From an uncultured Nitrososphaerales archaeon (GTDB taxonomy: Archaea; Thermoproteota; Nitrososphaeria; Nitrososphaerales; Nitrososphaeraceae), in NCBI GenBank assembly GCA_963709405.1, contig CAVPXM010000061.1, positions 1-64,000 of the forward strand: DNA of 64,000 bases. The letters run 5' to 3'. Of this stretch, positions 34,363 through 45,419 are shown one piece after another. The stretch's first letter is position 1. Each line of letters starts with the position of its first letter. A program made the translations under genes and the position numbers. Under the pieces are notes generated by a model. It saw only the letters and a list, made by a program, of their open reading frames with translations, did no database searches and had not been told where the DNA came from.

Positions 34363-35123
34363 TTCGCAGATAACAGACTGACGTAGATTCCAATCTATTG
34401 AACGTTGCGTTCTTATTATTTACCAGTTACGAAAAGTGAAACTATCGGATATGAATTATTTCCGGTCTTGTAAGAATTACTGGGCTGAAACTATAAGCCT
34501 TGTTTGAATCGAACGTATCATCTATTAGACTACACTGACTTCCGACCTGACAACATTAAACTTGAATGCAAAGGATAATATGATCTACACTAAGTTCGCT
34601 ATCAAGAAAATATCGATGACCATAAGCACATCGAGGACCATGCATCTCGGTTAATTGCTTGCGTTCGGTGCAGAACCTATGTCCTCCCAACTAATTGTAA
34701 TTTAATGATAAAATCTATAATACCTTTATTACTATAGTTACTATAGATCTCTTGCCAGCCGAACGATGATTATTGATAACAACTAAAGACAGATTGGTTA
34801 GTTAGACTAGAATAGAATCACGAAGCCCGAACTTATCTAAATATCCGATATAATGCCCGCGAAATGCTGGCAACCGCAATAGTACATAGAGCATCGGTTA
34901 TTCTAACTTTCTTGAATCTAGCTGCATTACGATCATCCAGTATTGTTATGCCGAACTTTGCTACCATGCTACCTATCCACTTTGCCACCTATCATTGTCA
35001 TGGGGGTTCCCGCTACGTGCGGGGTTTTGAACTGCGAAGGCTGCGGAAATTATGAAGGCTCTGAGACTAGCGATAAAGTAATAAAGTCTTGAATCCAGAT
35101 CAACCAAGGATAAATAAATTAAG

Positions 35124-35790
35124 CCTTTTTTGGTAATAAATTGCTAAAAGGTAGGATAAAAAATATTGCCGTTGGGGGGCTAACCAGGCTAATGATTGTC
35201 TAATTCATTCATGGCAGGTATGATGATATTGGCCTATTGCAGTAGGAAGGGAACGAAGCATATTGCCCACCGACGGCAGTTCCAACACCCTGTCGTTAAT
35301 ATAATATGGACTAGTATCTTTGCTAGGCCTAGGAAATCCAAGTACAAACCATGGTAGCTATAGCATGTCGAAAGGCGCTTAGCCTGATAGATAAGGAGTA
35401 GAGCGAAGGCCAAGCGACCTAGGCGAAAGACATGCTATGATGCGAACGATCGTCTATCCAGTTTGGTTGCCTCTTGTGTTGTACTAGATCTTTGTATTCA
35501 AACTATTTCTCGGTTGCAATTGCTCTAACTTTAGCGGCAAGTAAATACATGTTGACATCAATATTTCTGAGAACGCTTTAGATGCATCTAGTGAATCACG
35601 GTCGTTAATTGATACGCTTTCGATACCACGTACAGTAACAGTCCAGAATGATTGCTGTGACATAATGATTGATGGTCGCTTATCTACCGAAGAGCCTTTC
35701 GGTCAGGGGTGCCTCGGTAGTCAGTACGAGATCGTCAGCGGCTACGCCCAGCCCGACCCGGCGGTAGGTGCCTTCGGCGGTTTTAGTAGA
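35124..35790 (+). ncRNA. Candidate structured non-coding RNA(s), family unknown
   Basis: Nested helices 35165-35180/35265-35280, 35186-35193/35228-35235, 35360-35369/35429-35438 and 35682-35689/35762-35769. Mostly G-U wobbles on the + strand. 35681-35780 is 65% GC. Confidence 0.4.
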
Positions 35791-36054
35791 TATCTGATGA
35801 TGCGACTGCAGATTTCGTTGAAACCCCGACTAACCAAGATAATGTTGAAGGTCTTATTAAACAAATACGAAGGGGAAGTCAGCATATACTCCAATCTGCA
35901 GTATATCAAAGAAATATTGTTGTTGATCAAGCCCATCTAAAGTTTGTTTTCGTCTCCTTTTTTTACTTCCCTTATTACAAAGTCTAAATATTTTTTCAAT
36001 TCCTTCTCATCTAGTTTTATTGGTTGTTGTCGTTGTTCTGGGCCTATCTCTAAG

Positions 36055-36336
36055 CTATCGTTGTCCCGCAATTCTTCTGACAGTTTTTTCAATTTCGCTC
36101 TCCATCTCAGCATGTCCTATTAGATGCAATAGCCTTGACTCTAAGGCATGTTCGTAGATAGATTTGCGCAATTTATTATTCGCTGAGACAAGTATCGCCG
36201 AATTGTAAATGCCTAGGACTATATCTACAAACAGTTCCAATGACAGGACTAAAGCAATATGTGCAAACTTTAAAGATAAGAAAGAATAAAGGAATCGATG
36301 ACTGCAGAAGATACTCGAAATGCACAAAAAGAACAC
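36055..36336 (-). pseudogene. C-terminal fragment of a thaumarchaeal-type membrane protein
   Basis: SAILVSANNKLRKSIY...RLLHLIGHAEMESEIEKTV. Confidence 0.4.
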
Positions 36337-37612
36337 TAATACAACAATAGCAAGAATGTTACGTAAAAGAAGAGAATTCGAAGAATCAAATCCTAGATAT
36401 CAGATAGAGAAGTCAATCCAAGATTTACATAACCTTGAAAGGCCTAATTTTAGTGAATTCCATTGAAATTTATATATTTGAGATGCATAAATTGTTCAAG
36501 ATAATGATACCACTACTAGAGAGAAAACTAATGCTCTATCATGCTTAACGCACCATACAATAGCCGTCTTCAAACACTTACTTCTGGTCCAGAATCATAC
36601 ATGAATATCAAGAAAAGTCTATCAGAAATCGATCTACAAAGACTTGTAGAGAGCAGTCCTGTTTTGAAAGCACAAATTGATCAAAGAAAACTATTTCAAA
36701 GAGGTTTGTTCAATTTAAAATAAAGATGCTATTTGTAACTTCGATCTTTCTCATTTATTGAGAAAGGCAATTCAAAAATGGTTGACTGAGGGCTCTCATC
36801 GTAAGGTTCAACGACGATATCTTAGTCTTACTATATAGTAAAAAGAATATTCTGAAAAAATAATATTTTTGGAGAATAGCTTTCAAGGAGCGTTTAACTG
36901 GCTGGATTGCGTATATACACTCGATACGAATGCACATGATCAACACTAAAGGAAAGAAAATAAGCCAACCACAAATTACTGCCGCAGATTCAAATGCAGA
37001 ATATGTCTACATAATTGAAGATCAGGAGGTTTGGTTTATAGACTATATTATTGGAATCGCATTTAAGACACCTGTAGACTTGAGCACTATAAACAGATAC
37101 AATATCGGCTTACTGGAATAGGGAAGATCCTATACTGAACTCTGTGATATCAAAGATTTTCAAGATCATATGGAAGAAAAGGTCGGCCAAGAAATTGATA
37201 TAGAGTCCTCAATAGACCATGTAACAAAGACTAGAGAAAGATGATAAAAGGATAATCTTTTCACCCTCATAAAAAATGTGTCGTTTGATCGATGCTAAAA
37301 TATTCTGTTTGAATCCCTTTTTCCAATGAGTTCTTTTCCTTTATCAGTAATGAAGAAATATCCACCTAAAGCATAAGAATCTATTAGGTCTTCATCTTCT
37401 AGATAAAAATATATTCTCATGAATTTTTCTGCTGGAACCGAATTTGACAAAAATACTGTATCTCAAATCTGATTGCGTTACAATAATAATACTTTAGTGG
37501 ATCTATAAAACTTCTGCATAATGGAAGGTAATCAATTACACTTGTAAGATTATATATGTAGGAAATTTCTTTGAATCTGTAATGGAATAGATCTAAAAGT
37601 AATACCGAACCG

Positions 37613-37924
37613 TCAGCGACAGAATCCAGCAAATAGGTTGTAAGTCTGTGAACCAACAATTGTTAGCGCCTTTTGTAATTCCTCGCTAGGGTTCCCGTAA
37701 ACGTCAAATTTACTTATCCTAGAGACACTGAAAATCTTTGGAAGTATCGTTTGCGATGCTATGTCGGTATTGTGAGCAAGTGCAGCCTCCGAATTTGTAT
37801 ATGTTTCATGTACATTACACTTTGTCTCAGATTTATTAAGATAAAACTCGTAATTTATCGTATCTGGCTCGTTAGCTTCCACCGTTCTGCTCATATCCTG
37901 TACCAGTTTCTTAAACCATTGCAA
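37613..37924 (-). pseudogene. ABM (quinol monooxygenase-like) domain protein, 5'-truncated
   Basis: EANEPDTINYEFY...VHETYTNSEAALAH...VYGNPSEEL. Confidence 0.7.
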
Positions 37925-38843
37925 AAGTACACTACAATGACAGAAAGACAGTTCAAGTCAATCAAGCAGATTGAAGTACAAATAAAACAGCTACAAAAAC
38001 AGACCTTCGATATCCTAAAAGCAGTCCGAAAGATCAAATAATTGTATAATGAATAAAAACAATATAGACATAGAAAAAATTTAGTGATGAGGTAATGCTC
38101 GCATAGACATGATGATCGATATCGTAGACAAGAGGATATGTAACAAAATTACTTAGAGTTAGTATCATGCCAGGTCACGTATTCCCTCTACTATCAACTC
38201 GTTGTCCTCTGTCTATTACATTTCCATTTGTGACTTGTTTAGCAGTATTTATTTTACTTTTTCCAACATCTTTTATTTACATATTCTTCTTTCTGCCCAG
38301 TCCCCTTTAGGCGACTTTCCTAGTAAACCATTCTTTGTCGTTATGCAATTCCAGCCCTAAAGAAGATAAAGGCCGACTACAATAAAGATCGTACACATAA
38401 TTAGTCTTGATGTTGATATAATAATGTATTCTCCCTATCATCATTTTTATATGATAATTTTGCAATATTTTTAGGAAATGGTACTATTCTAATTTATAAC
38501 ATTTAGGAAGAAAATGCAAGTAATAAGAAGTTACCATCTATTCCAAACTACAGTACAATTAACAGACGTGTTAATAACCAGGATATCAGAATCAGCGAAC
38601 GCTAGGCATATACAAAGTTGACATAAATAAAAATGGTATTAACACTTTTACTATGTGGAAGTGGGGCAATAACTAATGCATTTTTAAGCATTGATATTTT
38701 TTCAAAGTGGTATTCCTAATCTATTGCAAAAGCAATAAAGACATAAGTAATGGCTAGCAAGGAAAAGGCTCTCCTTTAACATTGATTGCATTGGGATATC
38801 TCATCTTCAAAAAGAATATGTACTACATATTATTGACTTAATA

Positions 38844-39182
38844 TTGAACAATATGCCATATGCTAAACAACTTAAAGCTCACTGGAAGGAAGGAAAAAGA
38901 GACGAAGGAGCGAAAATGGTAGTAGATTTTTACAATGGGCTAATTGGAAAAGCAAAGGGATTCAAGGGTTTCATAATGACTGGCAGCTTAGATGATCCAC
39001 AAAGAACAGTTAACATATCTTTATGGGAAACAAGAGAAGACATGGATAATTATTACGCAAATGATAAGGACTATGCATCATTCCTAGATTCTATTAACCC
39101 ATTATTTGATCAAGAAGTAGAAATAGTCATACCCTCAAAGCAGACTGATTATACTGTTTTTGAAGTCAACATGGGCAAATAA
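38844..39182 (+). CDS. ABM/dimeric alpha-beta barrel protein
   Basis: KGFKGF...ISLWETREDMDNY. Confidence 0.7.
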   Translation: MNNMPYAKQLKAHWKEGKRDEGAKMVVDFYNGLIGKAKGFKGFIMTGSLDDPQRTVNISLWETREDMDNYYANDKDYASFLDSINPLFDQEVEIVIPSKQTDYTVFEVNMGK

Positions 39183-40085
39183 CATTATAATTCGTCTCTT
39201 ACTTTCATTTTTTTAGATGTCCTTTGCAGCTTTATAGCATAGCAGACGAAGATCTTTTGATGATGGTTGCTATTGTTATAGTTTGAATAATATCTTTTGT
39301 TTACTTTTTGGAAATATAGCTAAATCTCTTTTCAATACATTCCACTCAACAGATATATCCATGAATTGGAGCAAAAAACCGCTTTTTCTCAAGACCGTTT
39401 ATACTCGGGTTCTAACGCAATAAGATTAATTTTATATCATTAGATAAATGTTAATGAGAAAAAATTACTCTAAATACATCTGCAGAGAAAATACTGCATA
39501 TGAGGTAAGAACAAAAATAAAATGGATTCGATGCTGGTGTTGGTGCTTACCTTACAATTGACAAGACAGTAGAGATGGACGTAGAAATTATGTATAAGTG
39601 AAGTAGATAAAAACTCGAAGAAGATAAAGTTCAGCTAAAGCCACAATCTTTGCCCCGACAATCAGTCCTCCACCTTCTCCTTTTCTTCAGTCTTTTCACA
39701 CTACTTCAATTATGAAATACATGCGTTATAGCTTGGACGACATCAAAAAATATAGGATATACTTTTCTTAGAGCTTCTGTGTTAACTTCAGCTGAAGATA
39801 TAAAGCATACTCTAATGTTTGGGTCTATCCGTACCTTGTCGATAATTCAAGACATTCGATTATTTCCTTTTATTCAGTATCACAGACAGATAATAATTGT
39901 GGTTACATTCTATTCGATATCATTTATGAATCATGATTGCCACGAATTCGCTATACATAGTTCTATAAGCTAAACGTGTGCTTCCCCGAACTCATGTCAA
40001 GTTTATTGGAGTACAGAATTTGTTTTTGAGAAATCTAAAATAATAAAAGAAACGAAAGTACCTTTTACATCTAGGCTCTAATTCT

Positions 40086-40880
40086 ATGCCGTCATATGGA
40101 CTACTTACCAACCCTTCAATTGAATTAATAAGTGAGATAAGTAAAATATACGATCTAAATTTTGACTATGTGGAAATAGGTATAGAAGGCCCTGAAGGTA
40201 ATCCAGACATAATTAATAAGAAGAAGAATAAGGATGTAATAAAAAAGTTGCTTGAGAGATTCAAGCAAAAGCCTATTGCTCATACAGCCTATTGGATAGA
40301 TTTAGCTTCAGATTATGATTATATTAGACATGCATGGATTCTTGAGGCATTAAGAGAAATTAAAACAGCAAGAAAGCTAGGCATAGATCTAATAAATTTT
40401 CATGCTAACATAAATGGTATGTTTTATGGGGAAAAAAGAAAAATAGTTTTGGATAACATGATCAAAAGTCTCAGGGAAATTGTTAGCCAAGCTAAAAAGT
40501 ATAAAGTAGATGTAATGTTGGAAAATGTACCTCTATCAAAAGGAATACACAGCGTAAGTGAATTCAAATATATTATTGATAATGTTAATGCGCTATTTGT
40601 TCATCTAGATATTCCTCATGCGTTTACTTCAGGTGGAATGGCCTCGGTAATTGAATACATAAACACATTTAGAGACAAAATAATTCATGTTCATTGGCAT
40701 GACAATCATGGACAGAAAGATGAACACCTACCTATAGGCGAAGGTTTCATAGACCATCAAACTGCAGTCAAAGCACTAAAGGATATTGGTTACGATAGAA
40801 CAATTACTTTAGAAGTTTTTACAAATATTAATGATGCTAAATCATCTGCAGATAAACTCAGGACTATGTGGTCAGCTTAG
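40086..40880 (+). CDS. Sugar phosphate isomerase/epimerase (AP-endonuclease 2 TIM barrel)
   Basis: MLENV, HLDIPHA, HVHWHDNHGQKDEHLPIGEG, ITLEV. Confidence 0.88.
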   Translation: MPSYGLLTNPSIELISEISKIYDLNFDYVEIGIEGPEGNPDIINKKKNKDVIKKLLERFKQKPIAHTAYWIDLASDYDYIRHAWILEALREIKTARKLGIDLINFHANINGMFYGEKRKIVLDNMIKSLREIVSQAKKYKVDVMLENVPLSKGIHSVSEFKYIIDNVNALFVHLDIPHAFTSGGMASVIEYINTFRDKIIHVHWHDNHGQKDEHLPIGEGFIDHQTAVKALKDIGYDRTITLEVFTNINDAKSSADKLRTMWSA

Positions 40881-41108
40881 GAACAATTGATACGACGATG
40901 TGAGATCCAATCCTTTAGTCGTATGATTCTAGAAGTCACGTTATGCCCCCGAATCAGCCATCTCGGGTGCATTGTCATATCTACAATAAGCCATCGCTCC
41001 ATCCATACTTGGTATGCATAAGACTAGAGTTGGTCACTTTTGTACATCTAATACATACAAATGTAAAAGTTGATGTGTTGCATTGTCAAAGACACTATGA
41101 TAAATTAA

Positions 41109-41714
41109 ATGAATATGCCTCTGGATTTTGTCGAGGAAGAAAAATATTCATTCCTTAAGGCCATTGCCAATCCAGTTGAGTACAAGAAAGCGAGAGGTAG
41201 TCAGTCGCTTACCAACATACCGTTGGTCATAGGTATAATCGCTACAGGTCTACTTACAGGGGGAGGATTCATCTATACCTTCATGATGAAAGCAGCGCTA
41301 GATGAACCATCAACTACTTATGCTGTTCTTTCCGCCATTATGAAATCTGCAGTTCCTTATTATATCATCATCAACACTCTGATGGAATTATTAGTCATTC
41401 CTTTCATTATATTTTTGAATTGGAATACAAATCCAACACGCAGAAATTACATTATAATCGGATTTGCAACTTATTTTGTCTTACGTATATGGACATATCT
41501 TGTCTTTGCCGAAACAAGGCTTGAAATTTCACAACGAACGCTGTCAGCTGCAGATATAGAATGGTTCAAACAAACTCTTGCAACTGATTATCGAGTCATA
41601 TTGGATTTGTTCACGCAAGTATTCTTTATTTTGGCTGCTCGTGTTCCAATAAAAAAAGTAGTAGGAGATGGTAGACAACCTGAAGATAAGAGGCAAGATA
41701 CTATCATCAAATGA
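41109..41714 (+). CDS. Multi-pass membrane protein
   Basis: About four hydrophobic helices. Confidence 0.55.
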   Translation: MNMPLDFVEEEKYSFLKAIANPVEYKKARGSQSLTNIPLVIGIIATGLLTGGGFIYTFMMKAALDEPSTTYAVLSAIMKSAVPYYIIINTLMELLVIPFIIFLNWNTNPTRRNYIIIGFATYFVLRIWTYLVFAETRLEISQRTLSAADIEWFKQTLATDYRVILDLFTQVFFILAARVPIKKVVGDGRQPEDKRQDTIIK

Positions 41715-41784
41715 TGCTGCATTTCGCTAACCTCTCTAGAGATCCTGGAAACACTGGATGTGTTAGGTCAACCAACCCATAATG

Positions 41785-42011
41785 CTTGCTTGCTGGGATT
41801 ACCCATATTGGTCCAGTATATGTGTCCGGCCTCAACATCCACAACCACGCCATCGGGGAGCCGGCATCCAGTTACGATGGGCCTTCCGGTCAGAGCCGTC
41901 TGGATTTGCGGAGAGAACGCGGCCGGTGCTTACTTCCAGAAAAAATAAGCGACCAAATGTGGATTTGCTGCGGGGTGATGGCTGTGCTTTGGGAGCTTGT
42001 GTGGTGTTCAT
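41785..42011 (-). pseudogene. YWTD beta-propeller protein N-terminal fragment, bacterial-like, high GC
   Basis: RLFFLEVSTGRVLSANPDGSD, then in a shifted frame IVTGCRLPDGVVVDVEAGHIYWTNMG. Confidence 0.65.
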
Positions 42012-42485
42012 GGTTTTTATTCCGTATCGAATGCTTTTTAATATTTTGCATCCATTCATTGAAACTGAACTTGACGCTGTAACAAATCGAAGAGCTGATT
42101 CAATATCATAAAATTTTTTCATGTTCCACAGGGATCGACACATCTTATATGTTGAAAAATTCTGTGGTTTTTCATTGTGCTGTGTCGACATAAAATTCTA
42201 CACATAAATAAGACACATAAACCTATTGCAGGTGGTGGCAAGCCTGTTGAAACATTTAATTTAATCAGAACGTCATTACGGAACAGCCAAGCTCAGTATC
42301 CAGACCACGTTCTAACTAGCGTTGAACAAGCGTTGATATGTAACTAGTATCCATTTAACTACAGAGAAGTCTGTTCTGATCATGAAGACATATACCAAAA
42401 GTCTGGTTATTGACTCAAGTTAACTAAGATGGGGAAACCTATATAGCATTTAGTCTCTAGTCTGATAATATGAGGTACGTCAAAA

Positions 42486-42800
42486 TTGAGTGCAGATTTT
42501 GTAAAGGTTGCTGAAACAAAGGATATCCAACCATCTAGCATGAAAGCAGTTGACCTAGAGGAAGAGAGAGTTTGTATTGTCAATATCAAAGGAAATTACT
42601 ATGCAATTGGAAATGTATGTACTCACATGGGTGGACCTCTAAATGAAGGTACACTTGAAGGATACGACGTTGAGTGTCCTTGGCATGGATCTAAATTCGA
42701 TGTTAGGACAGGTGAACCAATTAGGCCTCCGGCACGGCAAGCAATCCCAATTTATGAAGTAAAGGTAGAAAACAATAACATACTAGTAAGAAAGCATTAA
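42486..42800 (+). CDS. Rieske [2Fe-2S] ferredoxin
   Basis: CTHMGGPL...CPWHGSKFD. Confidence 0.92.
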   Translation: MSADFVKVAETKDIQPSSMKAVDLEEERVCIVNIKGNYYAIGNVCTHMGGPLNEGTLEGYDVECPWHGSKFDVRTGEPIRPPARQAIPIYEVKVENNNILVRKH

Positions 42801-42845
42801 TGGTTAGGGAAAGGACAAAATAAATGGCATGGAGGAAATAGTCCT

Positions 42846-43874
42846 ATGACAAGTAACAAAAATGTACATAAAGGCGTTTTTGGAATACATCACGTTACAG
42901 CAATAACGAGCAATCCACAGAAGAACATTGATTTCTACACAGGCGATTTGGGACTTAGGCTAGTGAAGCTAACAGTAAATCAAGATGACCCGACTGCATA
43001 CCATCTTTATTATGGCGACGAGTTGGGACGTCCAGGTACTATTCTCACATTTTTCTACTGGCCAAATATCCCTAGAGGACGTCGAGGAACTAGTCAGGTT
43101 ATCACCACATCTTTTTTGATACCTGAGAATTCTAAAAACTATTGGATAAATAGATTCAAGAGCAGGCAGATAGAGTATAATGGACCACACAAAAGGTTTA
43201 ATGATGAACAAGTAATTACGTTCTACGATCCTGATGGGTTAGAACTAGAGCTTGTAGCACATGAATCTGCAGGAGAAAGAAATGTAAACGTTTGGAAAGA
43301 GGGTCAGATACCTGTTGAAGATGCAATAAGAGGTTTCTATTCTGTGACTGTGTCCGAGGAAGGATACGAGCGTACTGCGTCCGTTTTGACTGATGAATTG
43401 GGATTTATTCCTACACATCACGATGGAAGCCGGTTCCGATATGAAAAATCTACATCTACTACCACGTCCTCGTCAGCTACCGATATTGACAAGGAAGGAG
43501 CTGGAATAGGAGGCGCCAAGATTGTTGATGTTCTCTGTCTGCCTTATACGCAGCCGGGATTCATAGGTATTGGATCAGTCCATCATATGGCATTTCGTAC
43601 CTCAACCGATGAACAACAACAGGTTTTGCGCCGTAATATCGTAAAAGCTCGATTAAATGCCACCCCTGTGATAGACCGATTTTATTTTCATTCTGTCTAT
43701 TTCCCTGAACCCGGTGGAGTACTTTTCGAAATTGCTACTAACCCTCCTGGATTTACAATTGACGAAAAGCTTGATGAGCTAGGCACACATCTAGTTCTTC
43801 CTCCATGGCTCGAATCTATGAGGGGAGACCTCGAAAGGATTTTACCTCCTGTTGTCACCCCAAAAAGGAATTGA
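42846..43874 (+). CDS. Ring-cleaving dioxygenase (MhqA/MhqO-like VOC family)
   Basis: GIHHVTAI, LVKLTVNQDDP..YHLYYG, VHHMAFR, DRFYFHSVYF.EPGGVLFEIAT. Confidence 0.92.
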   Translation: MTSNKNVHKGVFGIHHVTAITSNPQKNIDFYTGDLGLRLVKLTVNQDDPTAYHLYYGDELGRPGTILTFFYWPNIPRGRRGTSQVITTSFLIPENSKNYWINRFKSRQIEYNGPHKRFNDEQVITFYDPDGLELELVAHESAGERNVNVWKEGQIPVEDAIRGFYSVTVSEEGYERTASVLTDELGFIPTHHDGSRFRYEKSTSTTTSSSATDIDKEGAGIGGAKIVDVLCLPYTQPGFIGIGSVHHMAFRTSTDEQQQVLRRNIVKARLNATPVIDRFYFHSVYFPEPGGVLFEIATNPPGFTIDEKLDELGTHLVLPPWLESMRGDLERILPPVVTPKRN

Positions 43875-43934
43875 GGGACCAATTACTGCCCCACTGATAA
43901 TCGCGTTTTAATTTATGAGGTACTGAACATTAAG

Positions 43935-44577
43935 TTGACATTAGGATTCATTCATAAATTTATCCCTTCAGAAAGTATGAAAGATAACAAATCGTTAACC
44001 CTGCTATTGTTGCACGGGACCGGAGGAAATGAAAATGACTTAATCCCCATAGCTGGGATGTTAAGAATCACCAATGCCTCAATTCTTAGCCCTCGTGGTA
44101 AGGTACTAGAAAATGGTATGCCACGCTTCTTTCGCAGGTTGGCTGAAGGAGTCTTCGATGTAGAAGATTTGAAATTTAGGACAAATGAAATAGCTGATTT
44201 TGTACAAAATGCATCAAGAAGATATGCTTTTGATTCAAATCGAATAACGGCGATAGGATACTCTAATGGTGCTAATATAGTCGGCCAGTATACTTTTACT
44301 TCGGCCAGAGATTTTATCCAATGCTATTCTTTTTAGACCAATGATTCCTCTTGTTCCAGACACCTTGCCTAATTTATCTGACAAGCATATTCTAATATCT
44401 GCTGGCTCACATGATCCCATAGTTCCAAGGCACCAGACAGAAGATCTTTATGATCTTTTAAGAAATGCTGGGGCCAATATATCAATTCAGTGGCAAAATA
44501 GTGGACACGAACTAACCCAGAGAGATGTAAAAGTGGCTAGAGAATGGGTCTGCGTCAGAGTTACTATTATGATATAA
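43935..44577 (+). pseudogene. MhqD-like phospholipase/carboxylesterase, frameshifted
   Basis: LLLHGTGGNE, PRFFRR, GYSNGANI, DPIVP, SGHEL. Frameshift near 44285. Confidence 0.85.
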
Positions 44578-44659
44578 CACTGAATTAGACAAATAATTTT
44601 AAATTTGACTTAGAAATACTACTTTATACCGTCCATCACTCTACATAAGCTGTCTGCTT

Positions 44660-45285
44660 AAATAAGCTAACTGGAGCTGGTGTATATTACGGTGCTTTTA
44701 TGGTAGAGGCGTTATCATCTCGGAATGAAGATGTCTATATGGTTGGAGGGGCAAACTCTGCAGGTCAATCTGCAGTTCATTTTTCTAAATATGCGAAAAC
44801 AGTAACACTTGTAGTTCGTGGTGATTCTTTAACCAAAAGTATGTCACACTATCTTGTTAATCAAATAAACAGGACATCTAACATAAAAGTAATATTAAAC
44901 TCAAAAGTTGTGGAGGTACAGGGCGAAGATCGGCTTCAATTCGTTACGATATTAAATACCGAGACAGGAGAGCAGCATATTGTGGATTGTTTCATGCTCT
45001 ACATATTTATTGGTGCCGTACCACATACTGATGGTCTTGCTGGATTAGTAGAACGAGATGCAAATGGCTTTATCTTGACAGGTCAGGATTTGATACAGGA
45101 TGGGCGTGAGCGTCCTAGGGGCTGGTAACCTGGATCGGTCCCCATTTTTACTTGAGACAAACGTACCTGGTATATTCGCTGCCGGAGATGTGCGTCATGG
45201 CTCTACGAAAAGAGTGGCTACAGGTGTTGGGGAAGGGTCTCTAGCTGTTCAACTAATCCTTCAATACCTAAAGAGCGTTAAATGA
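44660..45285 (+). pseudogene. Thioredoxin-reductase-like flavoprotein C-terminal fragment
   Basis: GAGVYYGA, VGGANSAGQ, LETNVPGIFAAGDVRHGS. Confidence 0.8.
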
Positions 45286-45419
45286 TGTCAAATAATGGAT
45301 TGCGTTAGCTTTGATCCTATAACAGAGATGAAAATACTAATAACCAAGAAATTAGTGATATTAATAGTAGGACATGACCATTAGTTCTAATAGCAGCAAC
45401 ACTACTCATGATCAAGAAT

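Noticed and set aside
35005-35065. Group II intron (GTGCG start; minus-strand GAGCC...GCACGTAGCGG)
   Set aside because: No proper domain V pairing and no RT ORF.
35326-35345. RNase P RNA P4 (AGGAAATCC)
   Set aside because: No matching 3' ACAGAA...GCTTA strand at a suitable position.
35360-35440. Hammerhead ribozyme (CTGATAGA ... GAAA)
   Set aside because: Core is not CUGANGA, and the NUH/stem III geometry does not fit.
35703-35770. TPP riboswitch (AGGGGTGCC start)
   Set aside because: Lacks CTGAGA and the CCTGA...AATxC...GCG motifs.
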